From NCBI RefSeq assembly GCF_006345805.1, contig NC_043006.1, positions 65,162,001-65,226,000 of the forward strand: a stretch of 64,000 nucleotides of DNA. The letters are read 5' to 3'. Positions 26,458 through 38,280 of this stretch are shown one piece after another. The position numbers were made by a program, and so were the translations under genes. This stretch comes from Octopus sinensis. Lineage: Eukaryota. The notes below the pieces were generated by a model. It did no database searches. It worked only from the letters and a program-made list of their open reading frames with translations, and had not been told where the DNA came from. How positions within the stretch are numbered: position 1 is the stretch's first letter; each line of letters begins with the position of its first letter.

Positions 26458-28769
26458 AGATGGTTTTATCGTGCTGAAAAGCTTTTGATCAGCACTGGTT
26501 AGAAAATAGTTGTTGCTCAGTTTAGTACATGAGCTAACCTTCCTACTAAGCAAGGAAGTCTTTACATGGTCACCCAACCTACTAGATATAGCAGTTAAAT
26601 CTTCCTCAAATTACATCCTAGTATCTTTAAAAAGGCAACATTAGAAGATGTAGTTTGAGATACACTAGGCCAGACTTAAATGCCTTGGTTAAGGCTGCAT
26701 ATGTGTCAATAACAGAAACACTTTACTCTTTTTTTTTCTTTTCTACTCTAGGCACAAGGCCTAAAATTTTGGGGGAGGGGACCAGTCAATTAGATCGACC
26801 CCAGTATGCAACTGGTACTTAATTTATTGACCATTAAAGGATGAAAGGCAAAGTCGACCTCAGTGGAATCAGAACATAAAGACAGACGAAATACTGCTAA
26901 GCATTTCACCCAGTGTGCTAATGTTTCTGCCAGCCCGCTGCCTTAGAAACATTCTACTCTACCATCGTGGTCTTTTAGGTTGGTGGCTCCCAAACTAGTT
27001 ACAAAACCTTTGTATGATTTTTCAAAAATCCAGAACCCATACATATATTTAACAAACAATTCTGCTAAGACATTAAATGAAACAAAAATTGTTTTAGAGA
27101 AAGAATTTATTCATCATCATTTAACGCTCACTTTTCCATACTTGCATGGGTCAAATGGAATTTATTGAGCAATTTTCTGCAGCCTGGTACTCTTCCTGTT
27201 GTTGATTCTCACCTGCTTCTAAACATATTTCCTAAAATTAGAGATGTTTTTCATGGAAGATGAGAAATGAACAACACTGCTTGTATGATGGTGATGTTCA
27301 TCACATGCTGCCAAGACAAGACATCCACTTGATGTCCAAGGATACTAAGGACTGTACAGTAATCATCCCAGGAAATACGGATTATCATCATAAGAAACAT
27401 TGGATTTGTGGAAACATGCGTAGTGATGAATTAAAATGTTTATAGATTTCATTCATAGATTATTATTATTACTATATTTATCCTACATTATATCGGCACA
27501 GCTCAGTGTAACCCAAAAAAACTGGTATTGGTAATTGGTATCTTCAGGCTGTAGCCAGCATAATAAAATAGGAGCTTTGATACACATATTCAAAAACATT
27601 TCCCGTAAAGAATATACAGGGTTATTCAAAGAGAAAGAGCAGATTTAAAATTTATTTTTAAAACAAACAGTAAGAGACACAAACACATTCTACATATTTC
27701 TTGATAGGGGAGGGTTTAAAGTTTATTTTAAAGTAGTATGCACTCAACAAGAGCACCATGTGTTGCTCAACAAACATCGAAACCTTTTTCTGTGAAATTT
27801 TTTATGCCTTTCGTAAAGATGGTCCTGAGTTGAAAACAGTAGAAAAATGTCAATGGTCTATGCTCCATTGGGAGGGAAGGGATTAAAAAGAAAAAGGATA
27901 TCACTTTCCATTAAAATCATCATACATCCATTTTCCATGCTGTCATGTGTTGAATGGTTTGACAGGAGCTGGCAAGGCCAGGAACAGCACTAGCTTCCAT
28001 TGTCTGTTTTGGTATGGTTTCTACAACTGCAGGCCCTTCCTAATGCCAACCCTTTTTCAGAGTGTACTGGGTACTTTTTACATGGTACCATCACCAGTTA
28101 AAACAGTTAGTTCATAAGTAGACAAGGGATTATATTTATTCCCTAGAAAATACTCCTCAGCACTGGATTGTTTTCCTCCCACCTTTGCCACTCCAACCCT
28201 CTAATGCTAAATATGTCAGGGAGCCAGAAGTAATCCAGCAGACACCAAAAGCATCTCTGAGTTGATGGGTCTCGGCCTTTTCTCGCTCAGTACATCTTTT
28301 CACTGAAAGGCATTTTACAAACACCTAATTTATTTTATAAACAAAAAAAAAACCACTGCACAACACCTTGGCCAAGTACCTTCTACTGATGACCTGGACC
28401 AACCAATGCCTTGCAAGGGAATTTGATTGATGGAAACTCTAAAACGCAAGCATATATGTACATATAAATATATATGTGTGTGTATGTTGGTTTGTTTGTA
28501 TCCTTGTAGCTTAGTGGTTTTAGAAAAGAGACTGATAGAATAAGTACTGAACTTAAAAGAGTAAATAGTGAGGTCAAATTGTTCAACTAAATCCTTGAAG
28601 GTGATGCCCCAGCATGGCCACGGCCCAGTGACTGAAATGAATAAAAAAGAAAAGATATGACAATTTAATTTGTGTTCAGTGGTTTGCTATCTCAATCTGT
28701 ACCCCACCCTTTTTTCCTCTCTCTATTCCAAGGTTTCAGTTAAAGAAAGGTGTGAGAGCTGTAGCCCCT

Positions 28770-29315
28770 TATTGCGCTGGCATGGTCATTTGTTGCATAT
28801 GGATGAGGACAGCTGTGTGAAAAAGTGTCACACCCTAGCAGTAGAGGGAACCTGTGGGAGAGGTCGACGCAGGAAAACCTGGGATGAGGTGGTGAAACAC
28901 AACCTTCAAACGTTGGGTCTCACGGAGGCCAATGACAAGTGACCAAGACCTTTGGAGATATGCTGTGCTTAAGAAGACCCAGCAAGCCAAGTGAGACTGT
29001 AACTGTGGCCTATGTCAGTGCAACATAACCAGCCCATTTAAGAGTACCCTTCAATCATTGGACAATAAACTGTGCTTGTGAAGACCTGTTGAGTCAACTG
29101 GTCATTATCATGGCTGATGCCAGTAGCGCCTGACTAGCATGTAAAAAGCACCCACTACACTCTCAAAGTGGTTGGCGTTAGGAAGGGTACCCAGCTGTAG
29201 AAACTTTGCCAGATCAGATTGGAGCCTGGTACAGCCTTCTGGCTTGCCAGTTCTCAGTCAAACCGTCCAACCCATGGAAAGTGGACATTAAACAACGACA
29301 GTGACGATGATGATG
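28770..29315 (+). mobile_element. RTE LINE 3' end (ORF2 C-terminus, 3' UTR and GAT tail)
   Basis: LRWHGHLLHMDEDSCVKKC..GRGRRRKTWDEVVKHNL followed by the shared tail. Confidence 0.8.
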
Positions 29316-31782
29316 GATGCTGGGTAGGGGGATATCAAGAGGGAACTAGGGGAAATACTGGAGTTTTAGGGGTGTTATGATTTTCCCAGGGAAAATAAAA
29401 CTTAAACGCAGTACTATGTGCAATGTCACACAGTTACAATGCACATTGTAGTCCAGCATTCTTAGTTAAAGACATTTCAGACAGGAGCATCCCTGCCCAT
29501 ATTTTATTCAGACACTGTATCTAGGCCCAAACCACAGATGTGTATGTGTGTGTGTGTATGGTTGTAAATAACTATCACCTTCATACAAGTGATTCTGTCT
29601 GTTTCCAGTTTTGGGGGAAAAACAAGTCTGGCTATGAGGAAATGTCACCTTACCTAGAAATAGGTGAAGGTTGGTGACAGAAAGGGCATCCCGCTACAAA
29701 AAATCTACCTCAACAAATTCTTCCTAACCCATACCAGCATGGAAAAGTGGACGTTGAATGATGATGAGGTCAAACCTAGTACTTGCCCGGTACTTACTGT
29801 ATCAAAATCGGAAGTGTGAAAGCAAAGTAACACCCAAGGGTATTGAAAGTCAGAACATTAAGATCAACACTGGATTAACCATTAAGCAAAATGAGCACAT
29901 GTTTAGGACATCAAGGGAAGTGGAGGGGCACCACAAAAATGGTAAATAGTTTATGGTACAAAAGAAATCACTTTAAACATGGTAAAATAATATTCAAAGT
30001 GGTTTATATAATTGGAAATATAATTTCAAAGTTCATGGATCTGATCAAAGACTTTGCAATTAAAATAAGTCAGAGAAAATTTTTCAAATATAAATAATAA
30101 AGAGGAAATATACAAAAATAAATATTATTTTCCATCTTACTGTTAGTTTTATTCTTTTACCTGTTTCAGTCACTTGACTGTGGCCATGCTGGAGCACCAC
30201 CTTTAATAGAGCAAATCGCCCCCAGGACTTATTCTTTTTAAGCCCAGTACTTATTCTTTTGCTGAACTGCTAAGTTACGGAGACATAAACACACCAACAC
30301 TGGTTGTCAAGCGATGGTGGGGAACAAACATACAAATATACATACACACACACACACATATATATATGTATGTTTATATATATGACAGGCTTCTTTCAAT
30401 TTTCGTCTACCAAATCCACTCAGAAGGCTTTGGTCATCCTGAGGCAGAAGACACTTCTGCCTGAGGTAGAAGACACTTGTCTAAGGTATCACGCAGTGGG
30501 ACTGAACCTGGAACATTGTGGTTGAGAAGCAAGATTCTTGCCACACAGCCACTCATGTTTTGTTTCATTTTGAAAAATAAAAATTTATTTTATGGTTTAT
30601 TCGTCTTCATTGTCATTTAACGTCCGCTTTCCATGCTGGCATGGGTTGGACAGTTTGACTGAGGTCTGGCAAGCCAGAAGGCCGTACCAGACTCAAATCT
30701 AATCTGGCAAAGTTTCTACTGCTGGATGCCCTTCCTAACACCAACCATTCCAAGAATGAAGTGGGTGCTTTTTACATGCCACTGGCACAAGGGCCAGTAA
30801 GGCAGTACTGGTATCAACCAAGCTTGAATGGTGCTTTTTACATACCATTGGCACAGGAGCCAGTCAGGCAGCACTAGCAACAACCCATGCTCGAATGGTG
30901 CTTTTTACGTGCCAGTAATTGTTTATATTTTGCATTACATATATACGAGGATACCAAATGCTTTTAAGTGCTTAGTATCTCTATGGGTATTAATCCACCC
31001 CTGATAAAGATATGCAGCTAAATACCACAAGATTTTTGTCTGTCACTCTACTAATTATGCAGTTCTATGTAAATTTTGGCAATTCTGTGTTTTAAAAAAT
31101 GCCATTCTTCAACAGAAAATATTTTAAATAATGGATTGTATGCTCTAATAAACAAGAAATAAAACACAAAGAAAATATTTTTAATAATGGTTCCTCCTAG
31201 TTTGATCAGCTTCCAAAAACTAGTCCTCATTCAAAGAATTTGTTTAGCTGTTGGTCAGTATGAATAGAATAGACCTATGATCAAAGATGTTCCAGTTGTG
31301 ATCATTTCTTTTTTCATGTCACATAATAATGTACCTAGAACACCTTTATCCTATGTATCTCACCTTTTCTTTAAGGTTGTAGGATGTGTCTGCTTTGAGA
31401 GAGATTTGGCTTCTATTTCTAGTAAGTTAAGCAACCACATAGTTGCAACTCCCTTATGACTCAGACAAGTTATTAATTGTCTGGTTTTTTAAGATTCTGA
31501 AATTATGATTGATCACACTACTCTTTGCTTGTTTTCCTTTTACTCTTTTATTATTCTTTCTTTTTTTTAATGTTGACATCATTCCCCAAAGCAGAATGAT
31601 ACGGTTCATAGACCTTGAATCAGATTGATGGTGTATGGTAACGGTGGTGGTGGTTTCACTTCATTTCAAAACATCCATCATCAGTGGTGTTCTGCCATCA
31701 TCTTGTCCTCTTTTTTTCTTTCTTCTTTTTTGCAAACATAATTAGGACTAATTTTTCTTCTCCTTTTCTCTTTATTAAAGAA

Positions 31783-31992
31783 ATGAAGATATCAGAGTTA
31801 ACGCTTGCAATGATACATGCAGCCAAGAAAGGATCAAACATTGCCATGATTATCCGTTCCAAAGATGCCCTGCTACGTTTATTGGTTGAAGAGAAAACTG
31901 GTAACCAGAAAAATGTAAGATTTGTTCAAGACTTCAAAACACTGGCAGATGTCTTGATTCAGGAGACTGTTCGCTATGATCTGGATCAAAAG
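31783..31992 (+). CDS. INPP1: Inositol polyphosphate 1-phosphatase, coding exon 1
   Basis: Acceptor AG at 31779-31780, ATG at 31783. LLVEEKTGNQKNVRFVQDFKTLADVLIQE matches INPP1 LLIEEK..KNKKFAVDFKTLADVLVQE. Donor AAG|GTAGGA, phase 0. Confidence 0.93.
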
Positions 31993-33320
31993 GTAGGATC
32001 ATCATCATCATCATTCTTTAACATCCGTTTTCCATGCTAGCATGGGTTGGACGGTTCAACTGGAATCTGGGAAGCCAGGAGGCTGCACCAGGCTCCTGTC
32101 TGATCTGGCAGTGTTCCTACAGCTTGATGCTTTTCCTAACGCCAACCACTCCATGACTGTAGTGAGTGCTTTTTACTTGCCACTGGCACGGGGGCCAGAG
32201 GAGGCTGGCAACGACCACGATTAGTTGGTGCTTTTTACATGCCACCGGCATGGCAGCCAGTCAACTCAGCACTAACAATTTATCCTCAATAGTTATCACT
32301 TGTTTGATCAAGTTCACTGAAGCAGTGTATTAAGTAGCTGAGTATTCCAAATACACACACATACATGTGATTTTAATGTAATCCTTAAGTGGAATCAGCA
32401 TGGGACAGTTTAACAAGGCTGGACTATTTAATTACATGGACAATCCATTCTCTAGGCTTCTGCATAGTTTCCATCTACACAGTTGCACTCAGAGGTCTGT
32501 GTTGACCCAAGGTTATAGAAAATGACTCTTTCCTTAGTTGCTACTCTGTAGAATCGAATGTTTGAACACCTGTAAGATAAATAGTGGTAATGTGTTGTGG
32601 GGTGTGTTTGTATGTATATGTAATTACTGGTATTATTATAGAGAGTTGGCCCAAAAGCTTGCCATAGTGTGAAATCCATCAAATAGGTCATGATAGGGTT
32701 TGAACTCAGAATGCAAAGAGCTAGATTTTATATCACAAGCATTCTTACAGTTCTACAAATCCACCGCCCTGGATTGATCCTTTTTCATTAACTCCAAAAG
32801 GATGAAACCACCATAAAGTTCAGTTCTTGTTGTGCTGTGGTGGCTTACATGCCTCAATGATTCTGAGAAATAGGCCAGAGTGTAAACCCCTGGTAGAGCC
32901 TCCCATGCTAGACTAATATGAGCCACCTCTTCCCAAAGGTAAAAAATTAGACTCAACACTCTTCCTCCTCCTCATTATTATTATTTTCCATGCCGGCATG
33001 GGTTGGATGGTTTGACAGGAGCTGGCAAGACTGGAGAGCTGCACCAGGCTCCAATTGTCTATTTTGGTATGGTTTCTATGGTTGGATGCCCTTCCTAATG
33101 CCAACCACTTTAGAGAGTGTACTGGGTGCTTTTTATGTAGCACCAGCATCAGGGCTTTTTATGTGGAACCAACATGAGTGTTTTTTTATGTGGCACCAAC
33201 ACCAATGTTTTTTTATGTGGCTCACAGCACCAGTGCTTTTACTTGTTGAATCTACTTATTGTTTTCTTGAAGCATGTGGTGATCAATGTAATATCTAAAT
33301 ATATATATATTTCTCTCTAG

Positions 33321-33438
33321 TTTCCTGGACTTGGTAAGAACCTGTATGGTGAGGAAAGCAATAAATTTACAAATGCCCTAGGTGAAACAATCTGTGTGAC
33401 TATTGAGCCAGACCAGGAGAAAAATGTGGAATTGCTAG
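33321..33438 (+). CDS. INPP1: INPP1 coding exon 2 (absent from the ORF track)
   Basis: ctctctAG|FPGLGKNLYGEESNKFTNALGETICVTIEPDQEKNVELL, G|GTAAGT; GEESN metal-binding motif; 118 nt. Confidence 0.92.
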
Positions 33439-34894
33439 GTAAGTGAAATATGGCAGCAGACACAGTGTTGTGAAGAGGGTTAATTCATAGAAACAGGTTG
33501 AAGACAGAGATTTGAGCTGGTAAGAGTCAGGTCTTCACACTGGTTATTTATTGACTTATTCACACAGGTGTGGTTGTGTGATTAAGAAGTTTGCTTCCCA
33601 ACCACATGGTTTTAAGTTCAGTCCCACTGCATGGCACCTTAAGCAAGTGTCTTCTACTGTAGCCCTAGTTTGAACAAAGCCTTGTAAATGGATTTAGTAT
33701 ATATAAACTGAAAGAAACCCTTACCATGGATTTCTGTCAAATCATTTATTATAACCAATATATGTAACATACCTTTCAAAATAATTGGACCTTTAATGAA
33801 ATACTCAACAAAGTAGAGGTATTGTCAAGCCATCAGGCTTCCCCTCAGTTTCCTTCAGCATAAAGTTACTCATAAACTTTGGGTTAACCCTAGGCTTTGT
33901 TAAAAGATGTGCTCAAGATATCACATATTGGGTTTGAACTCATGATTGCAAAGTAAATTTCCTAAATACTGAGCCATGCCTTCATAATTGGCACATAATA
34001 GCCACCTTAATGTAGAAATAATCAACTTTGTCTTTCCTCTTTTCAGGGTCAATAAAATAAGTACCAGCTGAGTACTGGGGTTGATGTAATCAAGAAGTCC
34101 TTTCCCCCAAATATCAGGCCTGTACCTGTGGTAGAATGGATTATTATTGTAAGTGAGAAAGTAGCACTTGCAATCAAAGTGACACTGGGGTACAAATATA
34201 TGAAACCCAGTATACCCATCATGACTATCCATCTGATAAGAGTACACCAAGCACATGCATCACAACCATACGTGCACAACATGGTGATCTCATATTAAGA
34301 TAAACAGCACATGACCTTGCAGATGGGGCCCAGTTACAATTTTCTTCGGGTCGAGTAGCCCATCCCACTCAAAAAGTCCCTGAAGAAGGGTTGTTTGAGG
34401 ATGTTGAATGAAACTCTCGTGATTCCAAAGGTGAATTATTCAAACCGCAAAGAATTGCTCTCAACACATAGCTATGACGCTCCCCCACTACTTCTGCTCA
34501 TAATCAGGGATACACATATTGTCAACCACTAAGGGACATGCTCAACTGGTTATGGTCAAGCAACTGACAAGCAAATCTCTGGTATTGAGCAGAATATTTA
34601 TTATTATTATTATTATTATCATTATTAAAACGGCAAGCTGGCAGAATCATTAACACATCAGGTGTATTTTGTCTGTTGCTATGTTCTGGGTTCAAATTCT
34701 GCCACGGTCAGCTTTGCCTTTCATCCTTTCGAGGTCAATAAATTAAGTACCAGTTATGCACTGGGGTTGATGTAATCGACTAGTCCCCTCCCCAAAAATT
34801 TCAGGCCTTGTGCCTTTAGTAGAAAGGATTATTATTATTACTATTATTATTGCTGTTGTTATTATTATTATTTCTGCTACTTTCTCTTTTTTAG

Positions 34895-35041
34895 GCCAAG
34901 TCCTTCATGGAAACCATGAAGCAGCCCATCTTTTGGCACAAGCTATCAGTTCCCAGCCAGAAAGTGCAAATAATCCTCTCCTGGATCAAGTGCTTGATGA
35001 AATTGAACTGGATAAAGTTCGAATCTGGATTGACCCAATTG
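34895..35041 (+). CDS. INPP1: INPP1 coding exon 3
   Basis: ttttAG|..QVLHGNHEAAHLLAQAI..VRIWIDPI, G|GTAAC; 147 nt, phase 1 to phase 1. Confidence 0.92.
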
Positions 35042-35332
35042 GTAACACTTGAATCATTTCGCCTTAGAATGTGGAAAATTGTTTTCTTAGTTTTAGGTTT
35101 CATCTTTTGGCTGCATTAAGGTTTGATGAAGCGATTGAAAATTTGATGTAGAGACATCAAAAATTGAATCCATCACAAAGTCCGGTCCTTATGGTGGTAT
35201 GTGTGTCTCAATGGCAAGCTCCTTGTAGGGTGTCCCATGCTAGACAAGTCAAAGGTCAAACTAATATGGGTCACCTCTGATGTCTTTAAAAGTAAAAAAA
35301 GAAACCTGAAATCTCTGGTATTGAGCAGAATA

Positions 35333-35370
<38 letters not shown>

Positions 35371-36981
35371 CATTATTAAAACGGCAAGCTGGCAGAATCA
35401 TTAGATGGAGAAGAATTTACATAGAATATGTGAGGTACCCACAAGTACGATCTTTTGTAATTGGAACTGTCAGAGATTTGTTCTATGTACATGTTTGTTC
35501 CTTTTCATATCATTCCAATTGCCCAATAATATTTGGTACTGTTTTACAGTGCCATATTCTTCTAATTTCAATCTGCAGATCCTTATACTTGCTCAGTTTT
35601 TCAAACATTTTCAGAGATAACTGGTTAAGGTCAAGCAACTAACTAGAAAATCTGCACTTATGAGCAGAATATTTGCTTTATAGCCTATCTTTTATACCAA
35701 GACAAAACATCAGTTAAGATTGAAAGCCATGGGAGCTACTGCTTTGTATTGCATCTGGGCATTTATTATTATTAATATTGAGTAAGAGAACAATGCATGG
35801 TATCAAAGTGACACTGGAGTACAAATATACAAAGCCCATTATACCCATCATGACCACTCATCTGATAAGGGTACACCAGGCACATGCATCACAACCATAT
35901 GTGCATGACAGGGTGATCTCATATCAAAATAAACAGTGCATGACCTTGTAGGTGAGGCCCAGTTAGAATTTTCTTCAGGTTCAGTGTCTCATCCCACTCA
36001 AAAGGTCCCTGAATAAGGGTTGTTTAAGGGTGTTGGATGAAACAACCATATTTCCAGAGGTGAACTATTCATGCCCCAAAGAATTACTCTCAACACATGG
36101 CTGTCATGTGTCCCACTACTCCTGCTCATGATCAGAGATGCACATATCATCCACCACTAAGGGACATGCTTACTTTGTTTGCAGACTTTCCAGATAACTT
36201 TTGCTGAACCAAATGGTTGTTGTTATTGTTGTTGTGGTTTGATGGTGGTGGACAAAGACATGAACACACACATATAGAACATGCCTCCACACAGTTTCCA
36301 TCAACCAGATTAAATCACAAGGCAATGGTCGGCCTATGACTATAGAAGAAGATATTTACCCAAGGTGCTGTGCAGTGGAACTGAACCCAAAACCTTGTGG
36401 TTGCAAACTGGGCTTCTTAACCACAGAGCATGCCTGCACCTTTATAGACAGATGCACAAAGTAGCAACTGTCATTATGTAATTTTGAAACATTTCCAGTT
36501 TCATAATTAGTGTTTTAGTATAATGAAGTAATCCCACAACGAAAGTCTCTCACTTGTTGTATAGTCTACCAGGTGATATAGTCTTTAGCGCTTATTCTAT
36601 TTTATATTTTATTTTGTAATATATTATTGGTACAAACTATCGACCTTGGAGGAATGGGAGGCAAAAATTGACTGACTTGGATATGAACTCAGAAAATAAA
36701 GGGACTTAACTTAATACCACAAGGTATTTTGACTGGCAGTCTATTGGTTCTATCATTCACTATGATGATGTGTGTATATGCATATATGTATGTGTATATA
36801 TATATATATGTGTGTGTGTGTACATGTATGCAATAAATTTAATAATATGAAGATTGCTTACCAACCACATGGTTCTGGGTTCAGTCCCACTGTGTGGCAC
36901 CCTGGGTAAGTGTCTTCTACTATAGCCTCTGGCCGTCCAAAGCCTTGTGAGTGGATTTGGTAGATGAAACTGAAAGAAACC

Positions 36982-37029
<48 letters not shown>

Positions 37030-37031
<2 letters not shown>

Positions 37032-38280
37032 CGTGTGTACGAACAGCCATGCTACATGGCAGCGAAACATGGGCCGTGACTGCTGAGGACATGCGTAAGC
37101 TCGTGAGGAATGAAGCCAGTATGCTCCGATGGATGTGTAATGTCAGTGTACATACTCGACAGAGCGTTAGCACCTTGAGAGAAATGTTGTACCTAAGAAG
37201 CATCAGTTGTGGTGTGCAAGAGAGACGATTGCGCTGGTATGGTCATGTGGCGAGAATGGATGAAGATAGGTGTGTGAGAAAGTGCCAATCCCTAACAGTT
37301 GAGGGAACCCATGGAAGAGGTAGACCCAGGAAAACCTGGGACGAGGTGGTGAAGCACGACCTTCGAACTTTAGGCCTCACTGAGGAAATGACCAGAGACC
37401 GAGACCTTTGGAAATATTCTGTACGTGAGAAGACCAGGCAGGACAAGTGAGCCCAGCCCACTTATGAATGCCTTTCCTCCCTTGGACACAAAGACCGGTT
37501 GAGGCAAGCGAAGTCGATATAGAACCTCATCCGACGACAGACACCCATGCCAACCCCCCATGCTTGCGAAGACATGTTGGGGCAAGCGAAATCGAAATTG
37601 AAATCGAAACCGAATTGAACCAGCCAGGATCCCTGGCCTGGTGGTACGTAAAAAGCACTATCCGACTCGTGGCCGTGGCACGTAAAATACTCCAATGCGA
37701 CCGTACGACAGGCACCCATGCCAACCCCCTTTGCTTGTGAAGACATGTTGGGGCAAGCGAAATCGAAATCGAATTGAACCAGCCAGGATCCCTGGTCTGG
37801 TGGTACGTAAAAAGCACTATCCGACTCGTGGCCGTGGCATGTAAAATACTCCAATGCGACCGTACGACAGGCACCCTTGCCAACCCCCTTTGCTTGTGAA
37901 GACATGTTGGGGCAAGCGAAATCGAAATCGAATTGAACCAGCCAGGATCCCTGGTCTGGTGGTACGTAAAAAGCACTATCCGACTCGTGGCCGATGCCAG
38001 CACCGCCTCGATTGGCTTCCGTGCCGGTGGCACATAAAATACACCAATCTGACCGTGTCCGTTGCCAGCCCCGCCTGGCACCTGTGCAGGTGGCACGTAA
38101 AAAGCACCCACTACACTCACGGAGTGGTTGGCGTTAGGAAGGGCATCCAGCTGTAGAAACATTGCCAAATTAGACTGGAGCCTGGTGCAGCCTTCTGGCT
38201 TCCCAGAACCCCGGTCGAACCGTCCAACCCATGCTAGCATGGAGAACGGACGTTAAACGACGATGATGATGATGATGATG
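37030..38280 (+). mobile_element. Young 5'-truncated RTE LINE with expanded 3' UTR, inserted in the (TA)n of a SINE
   Basis: Open ORF2 C-terminus 37049-37450 (MLHGSETWA..RRLRWYGHVARM..GRGRPRKTW), CpGs retained, (GAT)n tail; the host SINE resumes at about 38290. Confidence 0.88.
37536..37993 (+). repeat. Tandem repeat, about 159-171-bp unit x about 2.8
   Basis: GACAG(g/a)CACCC(a/t)TGCCAACCCCC..GATCCCTGG..GTGGCCG units start at 37536, 37707 and 37866. Confidence 0.9.

Noticed and set aside
37462-38240. 237-aa and 147-aa repeat-containing ORFs, or a CRISPR-like array
   Set aside because: They are antisense readings of a tandemly repeated LINE 3' UTR; there are no unique spacers or cas genes, and the context is eukaryotic.
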